The notes: generated by a model from the letters alone, not told the origin. A stretch of DNA of 64,000 nucleotides from Gemmatimonas sp. (GCA_031414535.1 JANNVQ010000005.1:96001-160000); one strand, 5' to 3'; shown: positions 18,857-28,062, numbered from the stretch's first letter. Numbers and translations are program-made.

Positions 18857-19648
18857 ATGCAGACGATTCGGCAGTATGCCCTCGCGGCGCTCGTTCCACT
18901 GGCTTTCGTGTCGGCCAACGCGCAAGCGCAGGATATGACCAGCTGGAATTGGGACGGCACATTGGCCGAGGGCCGAAAGGTCTTCCTGCACAACGTGAAC
19001 GGCGAAGTGCGCTTTGAAGTGGGCAGCGGCAACGCTGTGCAGGTGCGTGCCGAGAAGCGCTGGCGCCGCGGTGATGCGGATGCCGTTCGTATCGAGGCGC
19101 GGCAGACTGCGGGCGGGAACATCGTGATCTGTGCCATGTGGCGGGAGCGCGACCGCTGCGACGAGTCCGGCATTGATGGCCGTGGGCGCCAGAACTCCTG
19201 GAATGAGCGCAACGATGTGTCGGTGTACTTCACCGTGACTGTGCCCGCCTACGCCCACGTGGACGTCAACACCGTGAACGGCGACGTGACCATCGCCGAG
19301 TTGCGTGGCGAGGTGGAGGCTACCACGGTGAACGGAGACGTGAGCGCCGCATCAAACGGAGGCTCCGTACGCGCCAATACGGTAAACGGCAGCATCCGTG
19401 CTCGCGGGCAAGTGAGCAGCAATGGGCTCGAGTACTCAACGGTGAACGGATCCATTGAGATTGAGCTGCCTACCAACGCCAACGCCGATGTGGACTTGAG
19501 CACCGTGAACGGCCGCGTGACCAGCGACTTCCCCATCACCTTCACTGGTGAGATTAACCCACGCCATATCCGCGCCGAGTTGGGCAGCGGTGGACCACGA
19601 CTGCGGGCACGCACGGTGAACGGCGGCATCAGGTTGCTCAAGCAGTAG
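18857..19648 (+). CDS. Secreted DUF4097 (beta-strand repeat) protein
   Basis: Signal peptide; repeated TVNG units. Confidence 0.8.
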   Translation: MQTIRQYALAALVPLAFVSANAQAQDMTSWNWDGTLAEGRKVFLHNVNGEVRFEVGSGNAVQVRAEKRWRRGDADAVRIEARQTAGGNIVICAMWRERDRCDESGIDGRGRQNSWNERNDVSVYFTVTVPAYAHVDVNTVNGDVTIAELRGEVEATTVNGDVSAASNGGSVRANTVNGSIRARGQVSSNGLEYSTVNGSIEIELPTNANADVDLSTVNGRVTSDFPITFTGEINPRHIRAELGSGGPRLRARTVNGGIRLLKQ

Positions 19649-19720
19649 CAAATCTCCAGAAACCGATGCATCGGCGGCGCCGTAGATTGGGATAGCACCC
19701 CTCTCTGATCGGAGCCGCCG

Positions 19721-20593
19721 ATGTCGTTTCGCCCCTTGATGGTTCTCGCCGTCGCATCTCTTGCCGCCTGCCACGACGAAGTGAGTGCCGGGCCGGAGCG
19801 GGAGCGGGCCGAGGTCTTTAGCTACGCCGCGGTGGTTCCGGCGGGGCAGACGCTGTATCTGCGCGACATGGTGGGCTCCATCACCATCGAGCCCGCCACT
19901 GACGATACGCTCCGAGTGGTGGCCGACATGAAGTGGCGCGGCGATTCTACGCCTCCCAGCGAGGTCAGCTTCAGCGGCAGCACCGTGGCCGATGGCGCGC
20001 TCGTGTGCGCGATCTTTGGTGGCGCCGTATGCTCGGTGGACAACTATGACGGCAAGAGCAACGGCAGCGGCATCAGAATCGGCGAGGGCGGTCTCAAACT
20101 GGGATTCGGCGGTGACCGCAATGCCGAGGTGCACTTCCGGGTGCGTGTGCCCGCCGGTGTGAAGTTAGATCTCGTGATGGTGGAGGGCGACTTGGTGTCG
20201 GCATCAAGCGCGCCGGTGAGGGCTCGCGGCATTAACGGCAGCATCACCATCGTGACCAGCGTGGGCCCGGTCACCGCCAAGACGATCAACGGCGACGTGG
20301 ACGCGCGGATGTCGTCTCTGTCTGGCGCCGACTCGGTGGTCGTGGAAACCGTGAACGGTTCGGCCTACCTCTTCCTGCCCGAGACCGCGTCTGCGAACGT
20401 GGACCTCGGCAGCACCAATGGAACGCTGACCACCGACTTCCCTGGCTTCGCCGAGCGCGAAAACTTTACTAAGCAGATCCGCGCCACGCTGGGTGCCGGC
20501 CTCACTCCGGTGCGCGTGCGCACCCTGAATGGCGATGCGCAGCTGCGACGCCTCGACGCGCAGGGCCGCGCCTACGACATTGCCGCGCCCTAG
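19721..20593 (+). CDS. DUF4097-like lipoprotein
   Basis: Lipobox LAAC; TING/TVNG/TLNG repeats. Confidence 0.75.
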   Translation: MSFRPLMVLAVASLAACHDEVSAGPERERAEVFSYAAVVPAGQTLYLRDMVGSITIEPATDDTLRVVADMKWRGDSTPPSEVSFSGSTVADGALVCAIFGGAVCSVDNYDGKSNGSGIRIGEGGLKLGFGGDRNAEVHFRVRVPAGVKLDLVMVEGDLVSASSAPVRARGINGSITIVTSVGPVTAKTINGDVDARMSSLSGADSVVVETVNGSAYLFLPETASANVDLGSTNGTLTTDFPGFAERENFTKQIRATLGAGLTPVRVRTLNGDAQLRRLDAQGRAYDIAAP

Positions 20594-20889
20594 GACTTGG
20601 ACGCGACCGCGCCATCCACGAGCGCAGCGAGTCGGAAATCGAGGTCGGTCAGTCCATCTTGGTCGTGCGTGGAGAGCGTCACGGTGACCTTGTTGTAGCG
20701 CAGGTCCACATCAGGATGGTGCTCCAGCTCCTCGGCCGGCTCCACCAACCGCGAGATGAAGCTGACCGCGCCGGGGAATCCCGAAAACGCGAAGGTGCGC
20801 GTGATGCTGTCACCGCTCCGTGACCAACCGGGCAGCGTTCGCAACTTGTTGCCGATGGAGATGTCGTCGAGCCTAACTGGACGAACCAT
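20590..20889 (-). CDS. phhB: Pterin-4-alpha-carbinolamine dehydratase
   Basis: AEELEHHPDV and LSTHDQDGLTDLDFRLA. Confidence 0.9.
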   Translation of the reverse strand: MVRPVRLDDISIGNKLRTLPGWSRSGDSITRTFAFSGFPGAVSFISRLVEPAEELEHHPDVDLRYNKVTVTLSTHDQDGLTDLDFRLAALVDGAVASKS

Positions 20890-20991
20890 AAAGGACTCCG
20901 CGTAGAGTAAGCCGTGAAAGTGAGGCCGGATGGGTTTACGTTCAATGGTACACGAACGTCGAACGAGAACCTGCCCGCCCCCGGAGTTTCG

Positions 20992-21444
20992 ATGACCACC
21001 ACAGACGCACTACCCCTCATACGACGCGGCATGCTCGCCGTGCTCGTCTTTGGCTGCGTGGGCCTGATTGGGGAGCTGGTTCTCCTTGAACACTACACCG
21101 AAGTCATCCAGTTGCCCCCGCTGGTGCTCTGCGCATTGACGCTGGTGGCCATTCTTTGGCATTGGCAGAGCGGCAACAAGCCGAGCCTGCGCTTCCTGCA
21201 GGTAATTTCGCTGCTGCTCGTGGTGGCGGGTGCCGTGGGGGTATTTTTGCATATGGATAGCAACATCGAGTTCGAGCGTGAGCTCGAGCCCGATCTCGTG
21301 GGGATGCCGTTCTGGCTGAACGTGATTCGCGGCGCGACGCCAATGCTCGCACCAGGCACGCTCATTCAGTTTGGGATGTTAGGACTTCTTTATGCTTACC
21401 GTCATCCGGCGCTGAAGGCGCCAGGAGCAAGTGATGTTTCGTAA
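20992..21444 (+). CDS. Hypothetical 4-TM membrane protein
   Basis: Four hydrophobic segments; ELVLLEH and GATPMLAPG; GGAG upstream. Confidence 0.65.
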   Translation: MTTTDALPLIRRGMLAVLVFGCVGLIGELVLLEHYTEVIQLPPLVLCALTLVAILWHWQSGNKPSLRFLQVISLLLVVAGAVGVFLHMDSNIEFERELEPDLVGMPFWLNVIRGATPMLAPGTLIQFGMLGLLYAYRHPALKAPGASDVS

Positions 21445-22069
21445 GTCGTTCGCCGTGGCCGTCGTGGCCGCGTTGGTAGCCCTGCCGCTCAGCGCGCAGG
21501 TTGGAAAGTCCGTCACCGTGATGGAAGCCAATTCCGCGCCCGAGGCGCAGATCGCCGCACTGCCGGGCATGAGCGCGGCAATCGCGAGAGAACTGGTGGC
21601 AGCCCGCCCGTTCAACTCGCCGCTGGCCCTCGATGCTTTCCTGAGCACGCGCTTGAGCGCTGAGCAGAAGACGGCGCTCTACCCGCGCTTGTGGATCCAC
21701 ATCAATCTGAACACGGCCACGCGTGAGGAGATCATGCTGATTCCCGGCATGGGCCCGCGCATGCTGCGCGAGTTCAACGAGTACCGTCCGTACCGCGGCA
21801 TCGCGCAGTTCCGCCGCGAGATGGCCAAGTACGTGAATGCCGAGGAAGTGGCGCGGCTCGAGCAGTATGTGTTTGTGCCGATGGACCTGAACACGGCGAG
21901 CGACGAAGACCTGAACACGATTCCTGGCTTAGGCCCGCGGATGCTGCGCGAGTTCAAGGAGTACCGGCCGTACCGCGGCGTTGAGCAGTTCCGTCGCGAG
22001 ATGGGCAAGTACGTGAACGCGGCCGAAGTCGCGCGCTTGGAGCGCTACGTGGAGATTCGCCAGCCCTAG
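21431..22069 (+). CDS. Secreted helix-hairpin-helix repeat protein (ComEA/HHH_3-like)
   Basis: Signal peptide; LNTA...IPGxGP...RPY units; internal 60-aa duplication. Confidence 0.75.
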   Translation: MMFRKSFAVAVVAALVALPLSAQVGKSVTVMEANSAPEAQIAALPGMSAAIARELVAARPFNSPLALDAFLSTRLSAEQKTALYPRLWIHINLNTATREEIMLIPGMGPRMLREFNEYRPYRGIAQFRREMAKYVNAEEVARLEQYVFVPMDLNTASDEDLNTIPGLGPRMLREFKEYRPYRGVEQFRREMGKYVNAAEVARLERYVEIRQP

Positions 22070-22082
22070 TTCTTAACGGCGT

Positions 22083-22150
22083 TCACCACGGAGACACGGA
22101 GGCGCGGAGACTACTTGAGCAGTCTCCGCGCCTCCGTGTCTCTGTGGTGA
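22083..22150. repeat. 30-bp inverted repeat (REP/MITE-like hairpin; likely terminator)
   Basis: TCACCACGGAGACACGGAGGCGCGGAGACT, 8-nt loop, AGTCTCCGCGCCTCCGTGTCTCTGTGGTGA; one mismatch (G-U in RNA); T-rich tail; between convergent genes. Confidence 0.85.
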
Positions 22151-22163
22151 TGATTTTTCTTTT

Positions 22164-22559
22164 TTAGGGTCGCGCGGCGCAGAGATGCTGCATGGCCACG
22201 TGCGCGAAGGTGCTGGTCATCGCGGGGCCAAAACCTGGGATGCGCGGGGCGCTGCGGCGATACACGCGGTTGGCGCGTTCGTCGTGGTAAATGACGCTTT
22301 CGAGGACGGCCACCTTCTGCTCGGCGCAATCGAACATTGCACGGGCGCGCGAGCCGGTGATGGGGCCTTCGGGCGTGCTTACCGGTTCGGCGTACACCGT
22401 GCGAACCTCGGCCACCTTCATGCCAGCGGAGTCCTTGACGCTGCGCGCGTCAATGAAGACGGGATTGCCCGTGGAGGTCTTCCCGATCTCGGTCCAGCGG
22501 ACGTTGCCCTGAGCAGCGAGGGCAGACGAGCAAAACAGTAGAGTGACGAGCAGTCGCAT
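22164..22559 (-). CDS. Secreted protein, surface-adhesin E-like
   Basis: Signal peptide; WTEIG...VFIDARSV...MFDC...terminal LC pattern. Confidence 0.55.
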   Translation of the reverse strand: MRLLVTLLFCSSALAAQGNVRWTEIGKTSTGNPVFIDARSVKDSAGMKVAEVRTVYAEPVSTPEGPITGSRARAMFDCAEQKVAVLESVIYHDERANRVYRRSAPRIPGFGPAMTSTFAHVAMQHLCAARP

Positions 22560-22564
22560 TTGAG

Positions 22565-22774
22565 TTAGTTGAGTTGCACGAGCCGCACGACGCGGCCCCC
22601 GCATGTTCCACACTTGCCGATCAGCGCAAGTTCCTTGTCGCGCAGTTCGGCTTCCGTCAGATCGAAGTGGCGTGTGGCGAGGCAGCGGGCACAGAAGCCA
22701 CTGTCGAGCAGCTTGGCACGGGTCTCCTCAGGAACGCGGTCCCAAATGGCCTGCGCCTGCGGGGTGAACGCCAT
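22565..22774 (-). CDS. Small zinc-ribbon-like protein
   Basis: FCARC...GKCGTCGG; GGAG RBS. Confidence 0.6.
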   Translation of the reverse strand: MAFTPQAQAIWDRVPEETRAKLLDSGFCARCLATRHFDLTEAELRDKELALIGKCGTCGGRVVRLVQLN

Positions 22775-22871
22775 GCCAGCTCCGGCTATGGGGGAAGGCT
22801 ACTTGTCTACCCTCAGATTGTACGGTCACGGCGCCGGGCGCTAGGGTACTAGGGCGATTGCACGTGTCCGG

Positions 22872-22900
22872 TTGACAATCGGCGTGTGGCGTGGCGTCTT
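22872..22900 (+). promoter_or_regulatory. Sigma70-like promoter, probably giving a leaderless transcript
   Basis: TTGACA(22872-22877)-N17-CGTCTT, then 5 nt to ATG 22906. Confidence 0.45.
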
Positions 22901-22905
22901 CAAGC

Positions 22906-23244
22906 ATGCGAAGTGCCGCCCTTGCCCTCATCCTGCCGCTCGCGGTTCTCGGGGCCTGCCAACCGCGCGCAGACCAGACCAGCGGCCCCCGTTGCGAGGG
23001 AAGCGCGGCTCTGGCCGTGTCGCAGACGGGAACCCTAAACGTGGTATGGGGCGCCGGCACGCGCTTCTACGTTCGGGTGGGTGAGCGCACGCTGGAACTG
23101 CTCATTGACCGCCCTGACCTTGTGAGTTCAGACATCCTCCAGGGGCTCGCCACGCGCAGGGTGCGCGTGGACGGCCGCGAGTCCACCAGCGCCGCCAAGG
23201 TTTGCGCCGACGCGGTCACCGCACTTGAGGGTTCGTCGCGATGA
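22906..23244 (+). CDS. Hypothetical lipoprotein
   Basis: Lipobox LGAC; ATGA overlap with the downstream protease. Confidence 0.6.
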   Translation: MRSAALALILPLAVLGACQPRADQTSGPRCEGSAALAVSQTGTLNVVWGAGTRFYVRVGERTLELLIDRPDLVSSDILQGLATRRVRVDGRESTSAAKVCADAVTALEGSSR

Positions 23245-25289
23245 TGGGTCGGGTTCTAATCTGCCTGCTCTTGCTAGCCCCAGCGCTCGCGGGCGCGCAG
23301 GCTGCGTCCGTCTCCGGCCGCGTGCACATCATTTGGGACACCGACAAGCTTGGGCAGGGGGCGCAGTACTTCGTGGTGCCGACGGACGGCGGCGCGGCAC
23401 TGCGCATCACCCCGAGCAGCCGCGCGCAGGCTGAGCAGCTAGTAGACTTGGATCGGCAGCTCGTTCAGGCATCCGTGCAGACGCGGTCCAGCGCGCTGGC
23501 CGGTGAGCAGCGCGCGCATTTGCTCTCCGTTTCGCGTGCGGAGTCGAGTGGACGCGGCAACCTGCAGGCGGACGCCTTTCAAGACCGCACGTACAATTTT
23601 GCGACCATCATGTGTCGCTTTGCGGATGATGCGCGCGAGCCTTTTTCGGCAGCGCAGCTCGCGGTGCCGCACGGATCCACTTTTCCGGGCCTGCGGTATC
23701 ACTACCTCGAGATGTCCGAGCACGCGAGCATCATGACCGGCAGCCAGATCTACGGCTGGTACACACTGCCGCGTCCTCGCTCTGGTTACATCACTGGTAC
23801 GAGCACCAGCTTTGGACTGGTGGCGCAGGAGTGCGCGGCGGCGGCGGAGGCGGACGTCAACTTCGCCAATTTCTACGGCATCAACATGCAGCTCAATGGG
23901 GCCTTCAGTACGCGGCCCACCGCGCCATTTGACACGCTCTCGTTTGGTGGAAGCTGGACGATGACGCTCGATGGGCAGACGAGGAGTTGGGGCGTGACGT
24001 GGATGAGCGGCATCCACGCATCCAACTATGTGGTGCTGCACCACGAGGTGGGCCACGCCATCGGGTGGCCGCACTCGTCGGGTGATTACGGCCTAGAGTA
24101 TGACTCGCGCTGGGACTTGATGAGCGTTGGCTACATCACCTTCCAGAACCCGTGGGGTTGGCGCGGACCGCACACGATCATGTCGCATCGGCAAGCGGCC
24201 GGCTGGGTGGCGCCGGAACGCGCCTTCGCGCCTGCCATGGGTTCGAGCAGCTCTGTCAGACTGGCCCGATCAGCGCTGTCCCCGGCCACTGGCTACCAGT
24301 TGATTGAAGTGCCCATTGATGGCACGCGGCGCTACGTCGTGGAGGCGCGCATCGCGGCCGGACTGGACGTCGGCACGCCGGGCCCTGCCGTCATCATTCA
24401 CGAAGTGCGTGGCGCACTGCGTTCCTACGTCGTAGACCCGGACCGCAATGCGAATCCCAACGATGAAGGCGCCAAGTGGAATGTCGGCGAGACCTTTGAT
24501 GACCCCACCGCGGGCTTTGCGCTGAGGGTTGATTCGATGGACTCAACCGGATTCAACGTCACCGTCACCCGCGGCTGGACCTTGAACGTGAATGTCATTG
24601 GCACGGGCACGGTGACCGTGACTCCAGCGGGGCAAAGTGCCACGGTATGCTCGGGCCCCTGCACAAGATTAGTGGGAACGCTTGGCTCAGCGGTTCAGCT
24701 GACAGCGGCTGCGAGTTCGGGGTTGCAGTTTGTCGGCTGGCAGGGCGACTGCACTGGCACGGGCGCCTGCAACGTGGTGATGAATGGCACGCGCGCCGTC
24801 AATGCCGTCTTTAGCGCCGTACCGGTGTTCGTGACGACCTCGCTCAGTGCCGGCGTGATGGGTGCGAACTACTCGCAGTCCCTGCAAGCGACTGCTGCGG
24901 GCGGTGTGAACAGCTGGGCCATTCGCGGGGGAGCGTTACCGACTGGGTTGCAGTTCAATACCACCTCAGGCTTGATCTTCGGAGTGCCAGAGGCATCGGG
25001 AACCTTCAATGTCACCGTTGCCGCAATCTCCTATGGACTGGAGAGCACGCAAGCGCTCACGCTCAACATCACGCGGCCAGTTCTCGCCGTTGATGCCGTG
25101 ATTGATCAAGTCGTAGGACTCGGGAGCATGTTGGAAGACCAACGCCGCTTTCTCGACCTCGCAGGCAATCGCAATGGTCGTGTAGACATCGGCGACGTGC
25201 GGGCCTGGCTCATTTCGGCGGGTCACTTGAGTGCTGCCGAACGCGAGGCTGCACTGCGCGCGCTTCCCTCTGCCCCGAGGACTCCGTGA
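23241..25289 (+). CDS. Secreted zinc metalloprotease (M6/M11-like) with InlB-B-like and Ig-like domains and a dockerin-like tail
   Basis: Signal peptide; HHEVGHAIGWPHS; WDLMS Met-turn; FVGWQGDCTG; GALPTGLQF; DLAGNRNGRVDIGD. Confidence 0.8.
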   Translation: MMGRVLICLLLLAPALAGAQAASVSGRVHIIWDTDKLGQGAQYFVVPTDGGAALRITPSSRAQAEQLVDLDRQLVQASVQTRSSALAGEQRAHLLSVSRAESSGRGNLQADAFQDRTYNFATIMCRFADDAREPFSAAQLAVPHGSTFPGLRYHYLEMSEHASIMTGSQIYGWYTLPRPRSGYITGTSTSFGLVAQECAAAAEADVNFANFYGINMQLNGAFSTRPTAPFDTLSFGGSWTMTLDGQTRSWGVTWMSGIHASNYVVLHHEVGHAIGWPHSSGDYGLEYDSRWDLMSVGYITFQNPWGWRGPHTIMSHRQAAGWVAPERAFAPAMGSSSSVRLARSALSPATGYQLIEVPIDGTRRYVVEARIAAGLDVGTPGPAVIIHEVRGALRSYVVDPDRNANPNDEGAKWNVGETFDDPTAGFALRVDSMDSTGFNVTVTRGWTLNVNVIGTGTVTVTPAGQSATVCSGPCTRLVGTLGSAVQLTAAASSGLQFVGWQGDCTGTGACNVVMNGTRAVNAVFSAVPVFVTTSLSAGVMGANYSQSLQATAAGGVNSWAIRGGALPTGLQFNTTSGLIFGVPEASGTFNVTVAAISYGLESTQALTLNITRPVLAVDAVIDQVVGLGSMLEDQRRFLDLAGNRNGRVDIGDVRAWLISAGHLSAAEREAALRALPSAPRTP

Positions 25290-25690
25290 TGATTCGGCCT
25301 CTGCGCTTTTCTCTGGCCTTGCTCGCGAGCTTCGCCCTGTTCGGCGCCTGCGACTCTGGGCCAACCGGTGGCGGCGGTCCGGGCACGCTGAAGGTTGTGC
25401 TCAGCTCGCCCAACGCTACGGATGACGCCATCCTCATTCGTTTGGACGGCCCGGATATGAGCGATGTCGTGGTGAGCGGAACAGGACGGACGTCTTACGT
25501 GCGTACGGTGTCCGCCACGCGCATCGTCGTGGCGATTGTTGGCCCCGTGAGTTCGGGTGAGCAACTGCGCTTTGACGTGCCCGACACCAAGCGCAGCGCG
25601 GATTATCTGGCCACGGTGCTCGAGGTATCGGACGCGACCAACGCCCTGCGTGCCACGCCAGCCAGCTACACGCTACGCGTGCAGCGCTAG
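25286..25690 (+). CDS. Hypothetical beta-rich lipoprotein
   Basis: Lipobox FGAC; alternating beta-strand pattern; overlaps the protease stop. Confidence 0.65.
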   Translation: MMIRPLRFSLALLASFALFGACDSGPTGGGGPGTLKVVLSSPNATDDAILIRLDGPDMSDVVVSGTGRTSYVRTVSATRIVVAIVGPVSSGEQLRFDVPDTKRSADYLATVLEVSDATNALRATPASYTLRVQR

Positions 25691-25697
25691 TCGCAGG

Positions 25698-26915
25698 TCA
25701 GTCCTGACCGGCCACGGTGTTGCGCATGGCGAGAATGCCCGCCGATGCAAACAGCAGCGCGGCAATCAGGAAGGGCAGTCCGGGCATGTGAATGGCCGAC
25801 GTGGGCCTGATGGCCCACGCAAAGCTCAGCGTGAATAGTCCAGGGCCAAGCATGCCGGCGATGCCCATCAGTGAACTCGTCGCGCCCTGCAGGCGGCCCT
25901 GTTCACTCGGACCCACGCGCTTGGACATCACGCCCATCAGCGAGGGATTGAACACGCCCGCCGGCGAGTACACGAAGATGGCCACCCAAAACAGCGGTAC
26001 AGCCGCTGCGAGGCCGTACAAGGTGAATCCCACCGTGCCCGCCGTGGCCCCGATGGCCATTGCACGTCGCGCACCGAGTCGCTTCACCATCGGCCGTACC
26101 AAGCCGCCTTGCACGACGATGTTGGCGATGCCCACCACCGCCAGCGCAATGCCGACATCCTTAGAATCCCAGCCGTACTGATAGCTGGCCCAGAGCACGA
26201 ACACGCTCGGGAAAACCGTGTGACCCAAGTTGTAAAGGAAGGACACGCCGGCGAGTCCGAAGAGTTCTTGATGTGCTCTCAGGAAGCGCAGCGATCCCAT
26301 CGGATTGGCGCGCGCCCAACTGAAGGCGGCGCGCTTTTCCGCGGGTAGCGACTCCGGCAGCACAAAGAATCCATACGCCGCGTTCACGAGTGCGAGGATG
26401 CCCGCCACCCAGAACGGGAGGCGCGGATCGCTGGCCCCGAGAATACCGCCGAGCGCGGGGCCCACCACAAAGCCGAATCCCCACGCCGCACCTACGATGC
26501 CAAATGCGGCGGCGCGATTCTCCGGCTCCGTGACATCGGCGATATACGCCGAAGCCGTCGCAAAGCCGGACGCCGTCATGCCGGAGAGAATACGCCCAAC
26601 CATCAGCCAGCCTAAACTCGGCGCCAGCGCCATGAAGACGTAGTCGAGGCCGAGCCCGAAGATGGAGAGCAGAAGCACGGGCCGGCGCCCGAAGCGGTCC
26701 GAGAGCGCGCCGAGCACGGGCGCGCAGAAGAACTGCATCAGTGCCCAGACTGTGCCGAAGAGACCGACCCATTCAGCGGCTCGTGCCGCGTCGTTGTCTA
26801 CGAACGACTCGATGAGCTTGGGCAGGACGGGAATAATGATCCCGAACGCCACGATGTCGAGAACGATCGAGACGAAGATGAAGGCGAGGGCGGCGCGGCC
26901 GGCGGGCTTAATCAC
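25698..26915 (-). CDS. TCR/Tet-family MFS transporter
   Basis: LGALSDRFGRRPVL, AYIAD, GPALGG and LPESL. Confidence 0.9.
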   Translation of the reverse strand: MIKPAGRAALAFIFVSIVLDIVAFGIIIPVLPKLIESFVDNDAARAAEWVGLFGTVWALMQFFCAPVLGALSDRFGRRPVLLLSIFGLGLDYVFMALAPSLGWLMVGRILSGMTASGFATASAYIADVTEPENRAAAFGIVGAAWGFGFVVGPALGGILGASDPRLPFWVAGILALVNAAYGFFVLPESLPAEKRAAFSWARANPMGSLRFLRAHQELFGLAGVSFLYNLGHTVFPSVFVLWASYQYGWDSKDVGIALAVVGIANIVVQGGLVRPMVKRLGARRAMAIGATAGTVGFTLYGLAAAVPLFWVAIFVYSPAGVFNPSLMGVMSKRVGPSEQGRLQGATSSLMGIAGMLGPGLFTLSFAWAIRPTSAIHMPGLPFLIAALLFASAGILAMRNTVAGQD

Positions 26916-26955
26916 GGGCGAAGTGTAACGATTCCCGCCCCCGCCGTCAGGTCGT

Positions 26956-27438
26956 TCAGGCGCGCGAGACTCTCACGGTGCCCGCGACTTCGTCCAAGGT
27001 CACGGGATATCGCGTCAAGGGAGTAGGCGCGGGACCCGCGACGTTGGTACCCTCATCATTGAACTCCGACCCGTGGCACTGGCAGAGCAAGCGATTGGTC
27101 AGCACGGTGAAGATGCCGCAGCCCGAATGCGTGCAAATGTTGTTGAAGGCACGGTAGTCGTTGGCTGCGCGCTTCCACACGATCAGCTGCTGCGCGCCAA
27201 TCACCAGGCTTCCCGTCGTCGCGGCGAATGACGGCACGCGAGCGAGGGTGATGATGACATCCCGACCCTCGAGCCGAAATGCGTCAGGCTCGGGCTCGGT
27301 AATCATAAAGCCCCGTTCCTCGGAGCAGGCGGAGAGTGCGGCGGCGCCGAGTGCACAGACGACACAGGAAATCGCCTCGCGACGCGACACCAGCGGCGAG
27401 GTTGGCCCGCTCAGGGCTTGGCTGCCTAGGATCTTCAT
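26956..27438 (-). CDS. Tat-type Rieske [2Fe-2S] (lipo)protein
   Basis: SRREAI...LSAC; CTHSGC and CQCHGS. Confidence 0.85.
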   Translation of the reverse strand: MKILGSQALSGPTSPLVSRREAISCVVCALGAAALSACSEERGFMITEPEPDAFRLEGRDVIITLARVPSFAATTGSLVIGAQQLIVWKRAANDYRAFNNICTHSGCGIFTVLTNRLLCQCHGSEFNDEGTNVAGPAPTPLTRYPVTLDEVAGTVRVSRA

Positions 27439-27552
27439 ACGGGTGAATCTGCGGCCAAGTCTGGGGTATGTCTACTTGGCTTTGCTACATGCGCTAGGAT
27501 AATGAGGTAAGCACGCGCTGAGTTTGAGCCCTGAATTTCTCGGGAGGCCGCT

Positions 27553-28062
27553 ATGACTTTGACGTCTGGACCAAATACAGAAGATGGCGAGTTGCCCTGT
27601 GAGGGGCGTCGGGACTTCATCCGTGCCGGCCTAATGGCGGTGGGTGCGCTCGCCACCTTGGGCGTAACTCCTGATGACCTAGCCGCGCTCGAAGCACGCT
27701 TCTCTACGGGCATTCGCGACGGGGCCGAGCTGCGCTTACCGCTCCCCACCGCAGATGGCGCCACCATCGACGTGTCCAATGATTTGATTATCGCGCGAGT
27801 GGGCGGCGTGGCCATGGCCTTCGTGCTGGAATGCCCACACCGCGGCACCAACGTGCAGTGGCAGGGCAATCGGAGTCGCTTCTTCTGCCCCAAGCACCGC
27901 AGCACCTTCCAGCCCAACGGCGCTCGCATCGCCGGGCGCGCCGAGCGTGGGCTGGACCGCTACGCAATTCGTCGCGAGGGCAACGAGCTGGTGGTGAACA
28001 CCTCCACCAAGCTGCGCAGCACCAATACGGCCGCTTGGACGGCCGCGCAGGTCACGCTTTGA
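27553..28062 (+). CDS. Tat-exported Rieske [2Fe-2S] protein
   Basis: GRRDFI; CPHRG and CPKHRS; GGAGG RBS. Confidence 0.85.
   Translation: MTLTSGPNTEDGELPCEGRRDFIRAGLMAVGALATLGVTPDDLAALEARFSTGIRDGAELRLPLPTADGATIDVSNDLIIARVGGVAMAFVLECPHRGTNVQWQGNRSRFFCPKHRSTFQPNGARIAGRAERGLDRYAIRREGNELVVNTSTKLRSTNTAAWTAAQVTL

Noticed and set aside
25698..26915. Acquired tetracycline resistance gene
   Set aside because: Family-level similarity only; no tetR or mobile context; substrate unknown
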